A stretch of DNA of 62,992 nucleotides, filler included, from Rhabdomonas costata (taxonomy: Eukaryota), in assembly GCA_019059605.1 (NCBI GenBank). It is 53 parts of 53 records of this genome, joined end to end, with 100 filler letters (N's around TTAATTAATTAA, not from the genome) between each part and the next. Parts side by side here need not be neighbours in the genome. Positions count along the whole stretch, not along the records: positions 26,206 to 27,296 come from JAHMHO010029088.1; positions 27,397 to 28,487 come from JAHMHO010029089.1; positions 28,588 to 29,678 come from JAHMHO010029090.1; positions 29,779 to 30,869 come from JAHMHO010029091.1; positions 30,970 to 32,058 come from JAHMHO010029092.1; positions 32,159 to 33,249 come from JAHMHO010029093.1; positions 33,350 to 34,440 come from JAHMHO010029094.1; positions 34,541 to 35,631 come from JAHMHO010029095.1; 45 more parts are not named here. The stretch is one strand, 5' to 3'. Made by a program: the position numbers and the translations under genes. Numbering within the stretch: the first letter of the stretch is position 1; the number at the start of each line of letters is the position of its first letter. This document shows positions 26,654 to 38,684 of the stretch, one piece after another. The notes under the pieces are model-generated. The model was not told where the DNA came from. It saw only the letters and a program-made list of their open reading frames with translations, and made no database searches.

Positions 26654-27564
26654 GTGCGCCCACACCTTGGGGTTGTGTCCCTCATTCTGGCCTATTGTAT
26701 TTGTGGAGGGGGGGGCGTTAAACGTTCAACACTGTTCTCAAAACACAACTCGTCATCAAGGGGGCGCTGAGACAGTATACCCAACCCTCGGAAATAACTT
26801 TTTGCCAAACAGGAAATTTGAAATGTCGAAAAATGTTAAAAGTCAAATTTTTGATACCCCCCCCCCCATCTCTACGGCTCTATGGCAAGTCCCGGCTCAT
26901 CCGTTCCAGTCCCTAAACGTTCATGCCGCTCATCGTTTGCCCGCACACACACACTCGTACACCCAAAACAAATTCAGCTGTTCCCCTAATTCTGCAATTT
27001 TGGTAAGTCTCTGCCTGAGGAGAACCATCTAATCCATCCACTGACAGATCATTCAGGATCAGATGGCCTTCAGATAGAATCGTTAAAAAGAAACTCTCCG
27101 CCACCTCACCCCCTATCACGGCTAAGCTGACCCATTTGCTGGCACTACAGATAGTTGTCGATTGGCAAGCCCCGTGCAACCTGCCGTCGGCTACATGGTT
27201 AGCTGCACCTTGTCCTTCTACTAGGGCTGTGGTGGTGTACTTTCGGCGGTATGAGCCGGACCCCCCGGCAAGCTTCAGCGGCTCATACCCACAAAANNNN
27301 NNNNNNNNNNNNNNNNNNNNNNNNNNNNNNNNNNNNNNNNTTAATTAATTAANNNNNNNNNNNNNNNNNNNNNNNNNNNNNNNNNNNNNNNNNNNNGTGT
27401 GGGTGTGTTTGGGGGGTTTTGGACTTGGGTATTGGTACTGCTTGTGATTCCTTTTTAGTCATCGACATTTTTATTGGTCTGCTTTCCTCTTTGGGGGATT
27501 TTCCTCTTTCCCTTATCACTGGCTTCTGCCTTACTGTGTGAGTCGATTCCTGGGGTCACGTGAA

Positions 27565-28420
27565 ATGGGACAGGATGAAGCCACAGAGAAGAGAAAATCT
27601 GCAGCTGGTTTCAGTAAGGTTGTTGCGCTTCCCTCTGACGTGTGGGGCGCTGTGCTTGCCCGTCTCCGCTCCAAAGAGGTGATGCAAGCTGGGGTGCTCC
27701 TTTGCGCAGGGCCGAAGTGCCCATGCCCATGGGTGGCGAGCCTGGTCGCGGAGGAGCTGTGGTCTCGACCCCAAACGTTCGCTTGCCACGTGCAGATTTT
27801 TGGCTGCGCAGTTTCCCCCGAAGGTCTGGTGCCGTTGGACGTGTTGTTGGTTTTTTTTTGTGGTTAGGATTCCCGTCCTTTCTCAATTGTCATATCAACA
27901 CCGCCGGCAGTTGGTATTCAGTGAACAGCAACGTTTGGTAAAACATCCGGGTGAAGTCGTTTTCGTCGTTACGGGGCCAGAAGGCATCGCACACTCCGGA
28001 AAACTTTTCCAGTATTCCTTTCATTCGATCAATCTTCCCCCTTTTTGTCAAGATTAAATTTCAGACTACTTTGTGACTTCTTTGGTTTTTTACTTACCCT
28101 CTTTCGGTTGCTGTGGTTTTATCACCGCAAAACCATCTCTTCGTCCAATCCTGCAGTTCTGGTGCACATATGATTGGAATGCATCATCAACAGGGGACCG
28201 CGTCGCGGCAGCGCTGGAAAAGGGCAGTGTGTCTGTGTGGAGCCTTACCACATGGAAAGAGCTGCCGAGGCTCACCACCCACGGCAATCATCGAGTCTTG
28301 CGCGTGCGCTTCAGCCCAGATGGTGGCCACCTCCTTAGCGGAAGCGAGGATGGCACTGCTGTTCTGAGTGACTCACTCAGTGGGGCCGCTGTGGTCACCT
28401 ACAGGGGCCACACCAGCGCG
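27565..28420 (+). CDS. F-box/WD40 protein fragment (exons ~27565-27693 and 28157-28420)
   Basis: LPSDVWGAVLARL F-box-like helix. WD40 motifs RVRFSPDGGHLLSGSEDGT and YRGHTSA. AG/GT boundaries present. Confidence 0.7.
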
Positions 28421-28833
28421 GTACTGCTTCAAAATCGATTTTTATGTACATGACTAAACTACCGCGGACCATGTCTTGGAACAGACTNNNNNNNNNNNNN
28501 NNNNNNNNNNNNNNNNNNNNNNNNNNNNNNNTTAATTAATTAANNNNNNNNNNNNNNNNNNNNNNNNNNNNNNNNNNNNNNNNNNNNGTTGGTGGGGGGG
28601 TGGAGAGCGTCGACGTTCACAGCGCTGCGCAGGCACGTGTGGAACAGGCTGCTGACTATTTGTTGTACCTGTATATGGGGTGGAAAACGTTTTGCATGTG
28701 CTTTGTCGTTGTGTTTAACGTTGAGGTGAGACAGCTTGAAAAGGAATTTGCATCTGTAAAACTGTAAAACGAAGCGAAATGAAACATGAAGCACATACAA
28801 GAACCCCCCCCCCACGGACTTTTTTCGATGCAG

Positions 28834-29678
28834 ATCATTATCGCTGTTGCAACACTGGGTTTTCCTGACCCCTCCCGATTGGGCATATTTGAGCTACTGG
28901 TGATGCATCATCATGCTCAGCTCAGGACAGATGAGCTGGTGGACTGTGTCTGCGGGTTCTTCGAGGCCGGGCTGACTCGACCCATGCTCTGGAGCACCCT
29001 TGCCTCCGCTATAGCTGCAAAGGCGGGGGAAATGAGTGCGCGCCAGCTTGCATTGTGCGCTCGGGCTTTTGCTTTGACTCCAGCAAGTGTCCCTGTTAAG
29101 CTCTGGGACTCAATTATCCCTGCTGTCTTGGTGTATGCTGAGCGTCTGTGTGCAGCAGACGTCGGATTATGTGTTTTGGCTTTCTCCAAAGTGGAAAAGG
29201 AAACTGGAGGTGACCCTTTGGTGGAGTTGTGGACAAAACTGCAGAACCGAGCTGTAACTACCATGGATTCACTTGTTGTTGCAGATGTCGGGCGATGCGC
29301 CGTAGGGTTCCGCAACATTGCCAAAGAAAAGAGTGCTCTGTGGCAGGGCCTATGCAAGGCCTGTGTCAGGTGTGATGTTCCGATCAGCGCGGAAACTCTC
29401 GGTCAATGCGTCCTGGGCTTCTCTAATGTCCCTTCCCTATTAACCGATGGGCAGCTTTGGCAGCTCCTTGCCCAGGCCACTGTGAATTGCGTGCACGGCA
29501 AGGGGATGACTATGGTAGACGGCAGCTTTGCCGACTGCGTCGAGGGTTGGGCGCAGGTCAGCACTGCCAAAAGCCTGCCTGAACTGTGGCAATCCCTGGT
29601 CGCCGTGGTCCGTTTAACCTTGGTATCTGCAGTCCTTTCAGAGAGGGGCCTGGGGCTCAGCCAACACTCCACCACAAC
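28834..29678 (+). CDS. Helical-repeat protein (HPR/OPR/FASTK-like)
   Basis: About six ~37-42 aa repeats of the form LW..L...........(V/L)..C..(A/G)F in one long open frame after a cag acceptor. Confidence 0.65.
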
Positions 29679-30302
29679 NNNNNNNNNNNNNNNNNNNNNN
29701 NNNNNNNNNNNNNNNNNNNNNNTTAATTAATTAANNNNNNNNNNNNNNNNNNNNNNNNNNNNNNNNNNNNNNNNNNNNGGGTTTTTGGTAAGCTGGTTTA
29801 CTTCTTCGACTCGTACGACAAAAGAGGTCCGTAAAACTTAGGTGCGTAGCGGAATGCTGCTGTCGAGAGTGGGGACTTCTCTGAATTTTGCTGTTGTTAT
29901 ATGTTCTGTTGCTAGTGTGACGACATATTGCATCATCATCACTTACGAATTAAAATCTACTACATCTTCAACACTTCTATCACTCTGGCACAAAGGATAA
30001 GTCTGCGTAGCAGGAGCCATCCGCAGTAGTAGTAGTCATGCATGTACGCTTACAGGCCTTCTACCCTGCGTGGCACCGACGCTTACATGCGGATTTCATC
30101 TTCATAGGGTAAAGCAACGAAGGTGCATCCGTATCATCTGCAGTCACGAAGTGGTGCATCAGTAATAGAAGGAACAAAGCGTAGCGGAGTAGAACATAGA
30201 GACATTTCAACATGAATACACCTGGTGGTAATGCTCACACTCAACCCCTCACATGCTCAACACTACCCCTCCAACACCACTTCACTCCAACACACAAGCA
30301 CC

Positions 30303-30869
30303 TTAGAAGCTCAAGCCAGCATCACCATACGCACCAACATCTACCATACCGCTAGAAACAGAGACAGCATCAACCCAAACATCCACGCCCTGAACCAACA
30401 CCGTACATTTAGAAGCATAAATACCAGCATGCAACACTACGCGAACACTGGAAGCATGAATCCTGACACCCTCAACCTCCACAGAAACAGAAACCGAGTC
30501 CTCTACCACCACATGAATACGCAACATACCAACATCACCAAACATGCACCGAACCACTCTATCCATAATGCCTCCAACCATGCTACTAACACGAGATCCA
30601 GGAATACGCAACATGCCATCACTGCCAACGCCATCACCCTCACCATCCATATTCAACCTAGCATCAACCTCCACAAACACACCATCAGAGTCAAGAACAC
30701 CAACAGAAACCATCACTTCAGCATCATCACCATCAAGCACTACAGGAACGCTACCACACAACTCTACAACTACAGAAGGAACGCAACCAACAACACCCAA
30801 AACGACAAGAAGACCAGCAGCATCAACATAACACGCAACAAGCACTACAGTAAGAACGCTAACACAAAC
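30303..30869 (-). CDS. Compositionally biased V/G/D/S-rich ORF of unknown nature (open to contig end)
   Basis: At least 180 codons, dominated by G-starting/T-ending codons, in an extremely strand-skewed contig. Internal repeats GMLRI x2 and RIH x2. Confidence 0.3.
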   Translation of the reverse strand, partial: VCVSVLTVVLVACYVDAAGLLVVLGVVGCVPSVVVELCGSVPVVLDGDDAEVMVSVGVLDSDGVFVEVDARLNMDGEGDGVGSDGMLRIPGSRVSSMVGGIMDRVVRCMFGDVGMLRIHVVVEDSVSVSVEVEGVRIHASSVRVVLHAGIYASKCTVLVQGVDVWVDAVSVSSGMVDVGAYGDAGLSF

Positions 30870-31077
30870 NNNNNNNNNNNNNNNNNNNNNNNNNNNNNNN
30901 NNNNNNNNNNNNNTTAATTAATTAANNNNNNNNNNNNNNNNNNNNNNNNNNNNNNNNNNNNNNNNNNNNCTTCCACTCTCCAAAGAGCCCCTGCCTTCCC
31001 CTCCGCGCACGCGGAGCAGCCTTTTGCCGAAAAAAAAGGCACTGCCATCTGGTGTTCGAGATCCAAAAGGAAAGGCA

Positions 31078-31229
31078 CCCGTTGCTGGGCTCAACTTCTG
31101 CGCCACGGCCTTGGCCTGGTCCACCGTCATAAAGCTGGCGAGCACAGAGGTGGCCTTGCAGCCCGTCAGGGGGGCCTTCAAGGTCGAAGGAGTGTCGGGC
31201 TGCACCACGCCGACAACGAAGAAGAAGGC
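31078..31229 (-). CDS. Internal exon of unknown protein
   Basis: tacag|AFFFVVGVVQPDTPSTLKAPLTGCKATSVLASFMTVDQAKAVAQKLSPAT|gtgcc, GC3-rich. Boundaries approximate. Confidence 0.5.
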
Positions 31230-32164
31230 CTGTAGCCATTGCAAGAGCAGAAAAAACCGAATCGAAGCCGCTTAACAAACTGAGAACCCCAAGGCAGAAC
31301 CGCAAACCTATTAGGTGTACGGGGGGGGGACAAAAACCAGCAGGGTGTTTGAAGATTTCCGGGTGGGCGCCCTTTCGAAAGTAAAGTTAAAGATGAAGAA
31401 CACAAAAACTGCGATCACTTCAAGCACAAGGAGATGTTCTCCCAAACATGACACCCGTTCCCTAAAGATGCTGTGCACTCGCGAACACACGAATGAACAC
31501 CCCAGAACAGCAGAAAAACAATCCGGAAGTGTGCAGTCTGTACAAAATAAAACAAAAAACGCTGAGTTTACAGCCAGAGTCAGAGATTCCCTTTCCTGGA
31601 AGGTAGAATTGAGTGGGCTGATCCACCCATGGCACCATTCACCACGTCCGAAAACACAAGAAGAGTGGGAAGACAAATGAAACCCCCTTGCCGAGGAGCA
31701 TGGGGGGGGGGGCAGCGTACAGCGTACGATGAGATCAGAAATTACAACCCAGAGGTACAAACAGAAGGGTCATGACATCTGCCAACCACGCAAACCTTCC
31801 AGCAGTTTGGTTCCTTGGGACTTGCCCTGTTCCCTAAAGATGGTTGCGCGCATTGGGAGCACCCACGAATACCCGAACAAGCGCTTCGCCCCAAAACAGC
31901 GCCACGGTCATCCACACGGACACTGCGGCGCTCAGCAGGACGGACCGCAGGCAGCCCTGTCTACAGCTAAGAACTGCAGGAAAAGTCATCCCCAAGAAGC
32001 TGAACCGATGTCCAGGAGAGGGACTGAACAAATCTCAACACCCACGATAAACCACCACNNNNNNNNNNNNNNNNNNNNNNNNNNNNNNNNNNNNNNNNNN
32101 NNTTAATTAATTAANNNNNNNNNNNNNNNNNNNNNNNNNNNNNNNNNNNNNNNNNNNNGGGGGG

Positions 32165-33249
32165 TTGGGTGCTACGGGACCTCCACCATAGAGGTGGAGA
32201 GCTCCTGCTGCAGGGAGCTGAGGGTCATGGCGCGGCCAACGGAGCGCCGAGTAGAGAGGTTCGAGCTGACCGCTTCAAGCTCCTCGCTGCGCTCCTCCAC
32301 AGTGCTGGGACTTTCCGCGGGTCCACTGCAGGACAGGTCCACCTGGGCAACCTGAGAAACCGCAGGCCACTCGCGGCAACACGCAAAAAAGGGTGGGCTG
32401 ACCAGTTATTACCACGGCACAAAGGAAACCTGAGGCACAAGCAACGGAAGGAGGGAGGAAGCTTCGTGTTTGCGGGCGGCTTAAAGGTGGAAATTATTGC
32501 GTAAAAAAAGCCTGAGAGGAATCTGGCGAGGAAGAAAGAAAAGTGGGCGCGGTGGTAGAGTGAGGGTCAGGATGGCAGGGCGCGACTGAAAAGAAAAAAA
32601 GGAAGGGGAGCAGTGCTACCCATGCCTGCTTCCAATAAATATAGCTGTCAACTGTCCTCCATGCCAGGACGCAGCTCGCAGCGCAAGAAATGATGACACG
32701 CTGGTCAAGAAGCGAACCATAGAAGTGATACCGCAGGCAGAGAAAGGAAAAGATCAAGCAACATACTATCTGTGCTACAAATTGGCCCTTCACGTCCCGC
32801 CACGTGTTCGAGCTGATCAGAATGTCCGTGCCCAGAAAGCAGTTCAGCTTGCACAGCGCGCTGGTCACAAGCATCACCGGACCAACAATGCTGAAGCTCA
32901 GGTGGGCCTTGCTCCCGATGTTCCCGACCTGAGCCGAGCCTGTGCCCACGGCGACCTTCACCCGCACCGAATTGACTTCGCTGTGCTCGGCAAAGGTGTC
33001 TCGCAGCATCAGCGCCGCACGGCAGGCCTGGACAGGATGGTATCCGAAACAGAAAAGAAGGGATGGGAGACCTCCACGTCTGCAGACCAAAGGAAAGCAA
33101 AAATGCACAACCTAACGCTTCCTTTATGGCTGAAAGTAGACGACGTATACATCATGAGATAGTGCGAAAAAAAAATACGCACATGGTGACCTCCGACGCG
33201 TGGGCCGCCACCGCAGAGGCTGCATTCCAGCTCAGAATCACACACCCCC
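32165..33249 (-). CDS. Class III adenylate/guanylate cyclase-like domain, three exons (33249-33191, 33027-32767, 32351-~32175)
   Basis: Spliced VILSWNAASAVAAHASE|ACRAALMLRD...VKVAVGTGSAQVGNIGS...FSIVGPV...GTDILIS...FVAQI|VAQVDL. Both introns are GT-AG and preserve frame. Confidence 0.85.
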
Positions 33250-33719
33250 NNNNNNNNNNNNNNNNNNNNNNNNNNNNNNNNNNNNNNNNNNNNTTAATTA
33301 ATTAANNNNNNNNNNNNNNNNNNNNNNNNNNNNNNNNNNNNNNNNNNNNTGTGGTTTGGGGCCATATAGCATTAGACGTAAAGTAAAGCTGAGCCGCAAC
33401 CCTCCGTTTCACAAATGGCCTTGACCGGATTCAGACAGGTTGCAAGGCCCAAGAACTCCAATGGGGAGAGCCCTAAAAATAGAACGATGAAAGATGCACA
33501 TTCACAGACTCCAACCAAAGAGTGCTCATTAGAAGTAGTTGGTAATACTCGATAGGCGAATCAGGACTCCAAACACCTCTTCAGAAGGAATGACAACGAG
33601 TTTCTGGATCACGTAACTCAAACATAAGTTATTCTTTTCATAATAATAACGAACAACAAAAGCAAGAACGTCCACCCCGAAAGACTTCGGGAACCACCAC
33701 GGAAAAGAGAAACTTCGCA

Positions 33720-34440
33720 CACATACAGGTGGATATCTTCATGTGCATGATGTGGCTGGACGTCGAAGTGTGCTCCGCCGCGGCGGACAGCCATCCAGTG
33801 CCACCAGCCAGAGATTGTCCGGAGACTGCGCTGACGGCCAGTGTTGAGGCATCCACTGCCACGACCTGGGGCGAGGTCACCCGGTTCAGCGGAGTTGAAT
33901 CAGACACACCATGCGCATGGGCATCAGGTGTCGCAGTAACCACTTTTGCCGACACAACTGGCTTCTCCGATGTTGGTGCGGGAGGAGAAGTGCGGGCTGC
34001 GGGCTTGGGAAAGTTGGTAGGCGAAGAATTTTCCGCAAGTCCAGGGGCTGAGTGATAGGTCCTTCCAGAGCGCTGAGCTGGAGCCGCCACACACACACCC
34101 TTCGGCTCAGCCCTTCCCTCAGAATGGGAAAAAGAAGGACGGGATATGTCAGCCGCCACGGTCGGATTGTCTACAGGGGCTGAAGGCAACCTCATCGCCT
34201 GAGAATCCAAAGAGACTGTGGCTTTCTGCTTCCCCAGCTCAACAGGCGCAGGAGTGGGGAGCGAGGGCGAAGCTCGCTGCTCGGGCGGAGCTGGCCTCTC
34301 CGGGCGGCGGCGAGTGTCAAGAGCAGGCTTGGGGATTTCCTCTGGGTCATCATCCCCAAGCCATTTTTCACGAGAAGGCACGGCGGACGGCTGGCCACTG
34401 CGGTCTTCGTCTCCACTGCGCCGGGACTCCCACCCCCAAC
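33720..34440 (-). CDS. Long Pro/Ala/Ser-rich low-complexity exon
   Basis: Open frame of more than 230 codons with disordered composition. No recognisable domain. Confidence 0.4.
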
Positions 34441-34548
34441 NNNNNNNNNNNNNNNNNNNNNNNNNNNNNNNNNNNNNNNNNNNNTTAATTAATTAANNNN
34501 NNNNNNNNNNNNNNNNNNNNNNNNNNNNNNNNNNNNNNNNTGTGTTTC

Positions 34549-34697
34549 GGAGAGCGCCTTCACGAAGTCCGCAGTGGCCGAGTTGCAGCGCAGAACCAAT
34601 CTGACCGTGGACCAGATCTCGCAGCTGCAGTCTGTCTACCTGCAGATGTCCGGGGGGAAGAAACGCAAGAGCCTTACTTTGAAAAAGATGCTCAAAG
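34549..34697 (+). CDS. Exon of a possible EF-hand/calcium-sensor-like protein
   Basis: AELQRRTNLTVDQISQLQSVYLQMS resembles the N-terminal helices of NCS/calcineurin B-like proteins. GT donor near 34698. Confidence 0.35.
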
Positions 34698-35835
34698 GTG
34701 GCGGGCCTCGCCGGCTCTGCTTTTTTACCCTTTTTTTCTCGGGGGAGGGGGTGTTGATTTCCTGGCCCAATGCCTGTTCTGCAAAAAAAAATTTTTTTCG
34801 AGTGTTTCTCACCTGTGGTTGATGTGTTGGGGGTGCCGGAATTTTTTATCGGCCGAGGTTGAGCTTCAAGTTCTTGATTCCCCTGGTTTGAAAAAGCGAA
34901 GGTGTTATCCTTTACCTCCCGGCGGTGGCTTGACACCCACGGGCAAACTGGTGACCCTGAGGAAGAAAAGGCTCGCTCGAACCCGAAGTTATCTCCGTCG
35001 TATGATCTCATTTAGCGTCCCGTTGGTTCTTTCGTATATGCGAGTACCCCAAGTTTGCCGGGGCAAAGCGGCGATGCGCCTAACGCCCAAACAACTCGCT
35101 GATCACTCTGCTCATCCTGGTCTCCTTCTTCAGGTTCTTTGAAGTATTCTGTGGTGAGGACGAGTTTGCTCAGCACCAGTGGTGCCCCCAGGAAGCACAT
35201 TTTTCAGGATATTGTATAACAAGGGAATAGTGGGTGACACACTAGTTCAACCAAGAGATTACCAACTTTAGCTGTACTTTTCACCCGCATCTTAAGTCGA
35301 TAATCTCGCATCACCGATGCTGCCGCGAGCGTTCATTCAGGTAACAGCTAGCATCCCGCCGCTTTAGCCCAAATTTTTTTCCGTGTCAAGTATCCTGTCT
35401 TGACACAACACAGATTGCTTTGCGCCCAGCGCTGCTTCTCTTGCACAGGTTGTGTGGAAGCGGGGATGTCCGAGGCCGAGATGGACTCCCTCCGTGCTCT
35501 TTTTCCGGTTCTTTTATAACACCACAAACACCCCCCCCCCGGCCTCAACACACAAGAATACACCAGTACACACGAACGGAGAGGGATCATCAGCCAGCCA
35601 CAGGATTGTGGCAGCCTTGGAACAAAACCACNNNNNNNNNNNNNNNNNNNNNNNNNNNNNNNNNNNNNNNNNNNNTTAATTAATTAANNNNNNNNNNNNN
35701 NNNNNNNNNNNNNNNNNNNNNNNNNNNNNNNTGGGAGGGCATGTACTGAGTTAATGGTGCAGCACATGAAACTCAAACTGACTGGGGTTTCTGCAGAGAA
35801 GCATGAGAGCATTTTCTTCTGCCCCGCCTCGCCAG

Positions 35836-36483
35836 GATCTATACCGTCGCCACCACGACGTACATCTGCGGTGGCGGGGACAACTACGCCATCCATTTTG
35901 TGCCGGGGACTGCCCCCCTGAGGACATCCACGGAAATTCACGGAGCAGCGCTGCAGGTGGTGCACCAGCGAGGCAGCCTGGACTGCCCCTCTCTGCTTGG
36001 CACCCTGAACATAACCTCGTCGACCACCTCGCTGATCATGGTGCATCAGACTCAGGTGGCGGCTGGGGGTTATGTTCTGATAACAAACTGAAGATTGGCT
36101 TGCTAGGGCATTTTTTCTTTTGTGCCGCTGCTTTGTGAGAAGGACCCTTGACTGGACGTTTGTTTTGAGTGCAGAGCAGGCAGATCGCCGTTGCAAGAAT
36201 CTGTCTGGGTTTTCCGTTTTTCCGTGCCAACGAAACTGGTGGCTTCGGCTGAGCTTTTCTTGCTGAAAAGTGTGTGTGTGTATGATCGTGTGGTTGGCGA
36301 TTGGCGCAGGCTAGCTGTGTGACTAACACGTACTGGGAGCCCAGCGAGCTTGCCTGCCTGTCCTGTCCCGTGGGGACCTCCAACAGCGGCCCAGGTCTGA
36401 CGACGTGCTACCCGATTCCGGGGCCTTCCTCAGTCAACATCACCGTCCCGCTCATCGTTGGGCTGGGAGGCGGCTGCCTTCTG
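35836..36483 (+). CDS. Membrane protein fragment: 5'-nucleotidase C-terminal-like segment, Cys-rich module and start of a TM helix (exons 35836-36055, 36310-36483)
   Basis: YTVATTTYICGGGDNY matches the 5'-nucleotidase C-domain YxVATxxYxxxGGDxY. It splices in frame to C..CLSCPVGT..C and VPLIVGLGGGCLL. Confidence 0.65.
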
Positions 36484-37562
36484 GTGCGCTGCTTGTAAAT
36501 TGCAACGTTACTTGCCCCCCAGATTTTTCTGAATCGTGACTCGGGACGGAAAAAAACGTTCGATGCATGTCGGGGGCAGACACCATTCGGGCCATTTCAG
36601 ATGGATGCCTGAGGGGTTTGGGTGCAGGCCCTTGAACCCAGTTGGGAGGTTATTGTATTGGGGCCGGGGGGATCTAAGCGTTTAGTATTTCTAAGCGGTA
36701 AAAATCCTACTCCTTCTTTCGGCATGTGTTCACTAGGGGGCACGAGAACGGTGTATTTAACCCCCTTTTGCTAAACCAAATGTATCCAGAGCTCCTCAAC
36801 GCATCTGAACTGACCCACAACCNNNNNNNNNNNNNNNNNNNNNNNNNNNNNNNNNNNNNNNNNNNNTTAATTAATTAANNNNNNNNNNNNNNNNNNNNNN
36901 NNNNNNNNNNNNNNNNNNNNNNGTGGGGTTGGACCAGGGAAGTTAGGGGGGGGGGGTCACTGGCCTGTCAGTCCTCCATAGATGATGATTATTGCCTAGC
37001 AGCTGAAAAGTACTGCCGGCCAAAGATTCACCAATGGCTGGGATACGGCCGGATTAATAGGACAAAATCTGCTTGGCTAGGGCACGGTCGTGACCTGCGC
37101 GGCGTGTAGCGAATACGCTCCATATAAAACACCGTTACCCCCGTTAACCCTCACCCCCAATCCAACTTCCAGAGCACCTAAAGCGCCGCAACAGCCCAAC
37201 GCCCAACCTCCGTTCTAAAAGCACCCGATCCCAGTCGTCCTTCACCACACATTTCTGAAAGGGAGAATATCATCATCGCAAAAATGTTTCCCAACCCTCT
37301 CCAGTTCTGTGAAGTTCTCTGGACTCCTAGAGCACATGGTGGAGGATATAAACCAACGCAGCAATCCGTCGACGAGCACGCAGTGCTCGCACAGGAGGTT
37401 TTGTGGGGCACCAGGACATGTCCAAGGTTGGTGCATGCAGACGTGGCGAAGTTGCAGCACAGCTGAGCTGAGAACGCGAAAAAATGTGGTCCCTCTCTAC
37501 ACAACCTCTGTGCAAAAATCCATGACCCAAAATAACCGGAACCAAGTCTTGTGGGTACTGAA

Positions 37563-37799
37563 TCAGAAGGTTTTGGTTGTGTGGTCTGCCCAGAGGATGA
37601 CTGTCTTATCATGTCTTATCATTCGACAGTTATTGTCAGAGCACCGAAAAACAGCCTTGCCTCTATAGTTGTCAGCCTTCAAAACAGCTCCACAAGAGGG
37701 GCACCCATCACAGCCAGGATGAATCCCATACTTCTGCATCCATTTTCTTCGCTTAGAATCATTCCCAGCGATTTCCAGAACATCGTAGAGCGTCAACAT
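37563..37799 (-). mobile_element. Possible N-terminal zinc ribbon of a Merlin/IS1595-family-like transposase (truncated)
   Basis: WMQKYGI...CPSCGAVL...FRCSDNNCR (CxxC...RCxxxxC), intronless, followed by stops. Confidence 0.4.
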
Positions 37800-38502
37800 G
37801 TCAAAAAGAAAACAAAGAAAAAAAAAAGAGATGAATCCTGGGCACAATAGTAAAGTAACGCCAAAGGTTCACATCATTTCGAACCGCTGCGGGCACGCCG
37901 GATACGCAGAGGTCGCAGGAACCGCTGCACGCGGAACCGCTGCACGCGCGCCGGGGATTCAAACCCAGATGGCCTCCCATCCCCATCCCCAACACCNNNN
38001 NNNNNNNNNNNNNNNNNNNNNNNNNNNNNNNNNNNNNNNNTTAATTAATTAANNNNNNNNNNNNNNNNNNNNNNNNNNNNNNNNNNNNNNNNNNNNGTTT
38101 GTTGGGATTGGGGGGCAGCAGAAAACACCTCACTATGCAAGCCATGGCGGCATAGTTGCTTCAAATGCACAAGAAGCAACTATGCCGTCATGGCTTGCAT
38201 AGTGAGGTGTTTTCTGCTGCCCCCCAATCCCCGCAACTCGAAAAGTCCGACAGGATCGTCGAAAGGGTGCAACTTTTACGGTGGCATGACTTTTACGGTT
38301 TTACGGTGGCATGGCACCTTACACAAAATGACGTACATGGGTATTACCGTGCATCAGAATCTTAGTCGGAAAAGTCCAAATGTCACCCAACGGAAATCGA
38401 GCGTACAGGCAAAAGCGCAGCAGAGCTCTCGCTTGCTCCACGATGTTCCTAATCCCTCTGAGAAAATCAAAAACGCGAGGCGAGAATGGCGGTGGCGGAA
38501 CC

Positions 38503-38684
38503 ATTGCACAGAGCATGCTCTGGGCAGTCCATGCATTGCGTGGTGCCAGTGACGGCGTACTTCTGGGCCTGAGGGAGGCAGGGCTGGATCGTGATTGCCT
38601 CGGACACCACGAAGAGCCCAGGGAAGCTTCCCAGGCTGAAGTTGATCCGGTAAACCTGGTCGTTGTTTCCGACCAGCACCATCC
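38503..38684 (-). CDS. Exon of a Cys-rich surface/membrane protein
   Basis: gtgcag|...ITIQPC...YAVTGTTQCMDCPEHALCNG, a CxxCPxxAxCxG module typical of large protist membrane proteins. Confidence 0.6.

Noticed and set aside
30225-30869. Plus-strand His/Asn/Thr-rich 230-aa ORF or mucin-like gene
   Set aside because: The open frame is explained by A/C skew (few T's, so few stops). The Thr/Pro/Ser frame has several stops.
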